Part shown: positions 63,004 through 64,000 of the stretch, piece by piece | Numbering within the stretch: the first letter of the stretch is position 1 | Layout of the letters: each line of letters begins with the position of its first letter | NCBI RefSeq assembly: GCF_009914755.1 | Contig: NC_060941.1 | Length of the DNA stretch: 64,000 nucleotides | Origin: the human T2T-CHM13v2.0 reference genome, Homo sapiens | Direction: 5' to 3' (one strand) | Program-made: the position numbers and the translations under genes | The notes under the pieces: generated by a model | Told to the model about the DNA's origin: nothing | What the model saw: only the letters and a program-made list of their open reading frames with translations | Databases searched by the model: none

Positions 63004-63243
<240 letters not shown>

Positions 63244-64000
63244 TAGCCAGGATGGTCTCGATCTCCTGACCTCGTGATCCGCCCGCCTCAGCCTCCCAAA
63301 GTGCTGGGATTACAGGCGTGAGCCACCGTGCCTGGCCTATAATCACATTTTACTTGATTTAGGGAAACTACTCAAATGGACATTTCTTTTACCTGAGTTT
63401 GGGGGAACAAATTTGTGCTTGATACACCAAGTCTTTTTCTTTCAGCCAGTTGTCCTCTTTCTAATACGCCAGTGAGAAAAATAAAACTCCTGGTAAGTCA
63501 TTGGTAACTTTCTGCCACTCACCGTTGGTTGCTCTGCTGCGGAGTGGCAGATGCCCTGTGAGGCGTTGGTGATGTTTGGTGACGTGGAAGTGGGCTATTT
63601 TGGATGAGTCCTTTTTGGCCGTGGGTATTTCAAGAACACAAATTGCCCGCTCCCTCATCAGAAGCAGGGCCAGAGCGTGTCTGGGGCTGTTTCTGGTTGC
63701 TATAGAGATGGGCCCCACCCTGAAGTTCCCGCTGGGACCTCCTGGCTCTGTCAAGTTCAGTTTCCCCAGACACAGCTGCAAGGCCTGTTCTGAGCAATTC
63801 CTGCTGTTAGAGTGTTTATACACACCTCGAGTGCATTTCCGCTTCTGAGCCTCCAAAACCACAGAAAGCCAGAAAGGGGCGGTGTGACCTCTGAAGATGT
63901 CCGCATCCCAGTACTGAGGAGCCTTGGCTGGAGGGACCCCCCTCTACACCAGAGAGCTGGAGGAGAGGAGGGACCAGGGGAGGTGCTTAAGGGCCTGGCC

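Overview
Human (primate) genomic DNA, GC-rich and very Alu-dense, recognisable as the 17q25.1 UNK-UNC13D-WBP2 locus. It holds UNK coding exons 2-16 (+ strand, exon 1 outside the window), the complete 32-exon UNC13D/Munc13-4 gene (- strand) and the complete 8-exon WBP2 gene (- strand) with its CpG-island promoter. All exon boundaries were read by hand from GT/AG sites. The spliced CDS lengths close exactly: UNC13D 3273 nt = 1090 aa, WBP2 786 nt = 261 aa, UNK 2329 nt in-window plus 104 nt in the missing exon 1 = 810 aa. Nearly all other ORFs in the track are Alu-derived or GC-rich shadow frames. I found no new protein-coding gene, structural RNA gene or CRISPR-like system. The most unusual sequence-level observations are: (1) a 22-nt exact copy of UNK exon 2 embedded in an Alu 1.16 kb downstream; (2) a fossil hAT (Cheshire/MER58-type) transposase gene split by about a dozen Alus in UNK intron 1; (3) candidate poison or micro exons in UNK; (4) a 2x90-bp duplication abutting a weak UNC13D donor; (5) the UNC13D intron-1 alternative promoter with an in-frame alternative first exon (known). 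Repeat subfamily names and disease-variant links are from memory, not from a search.
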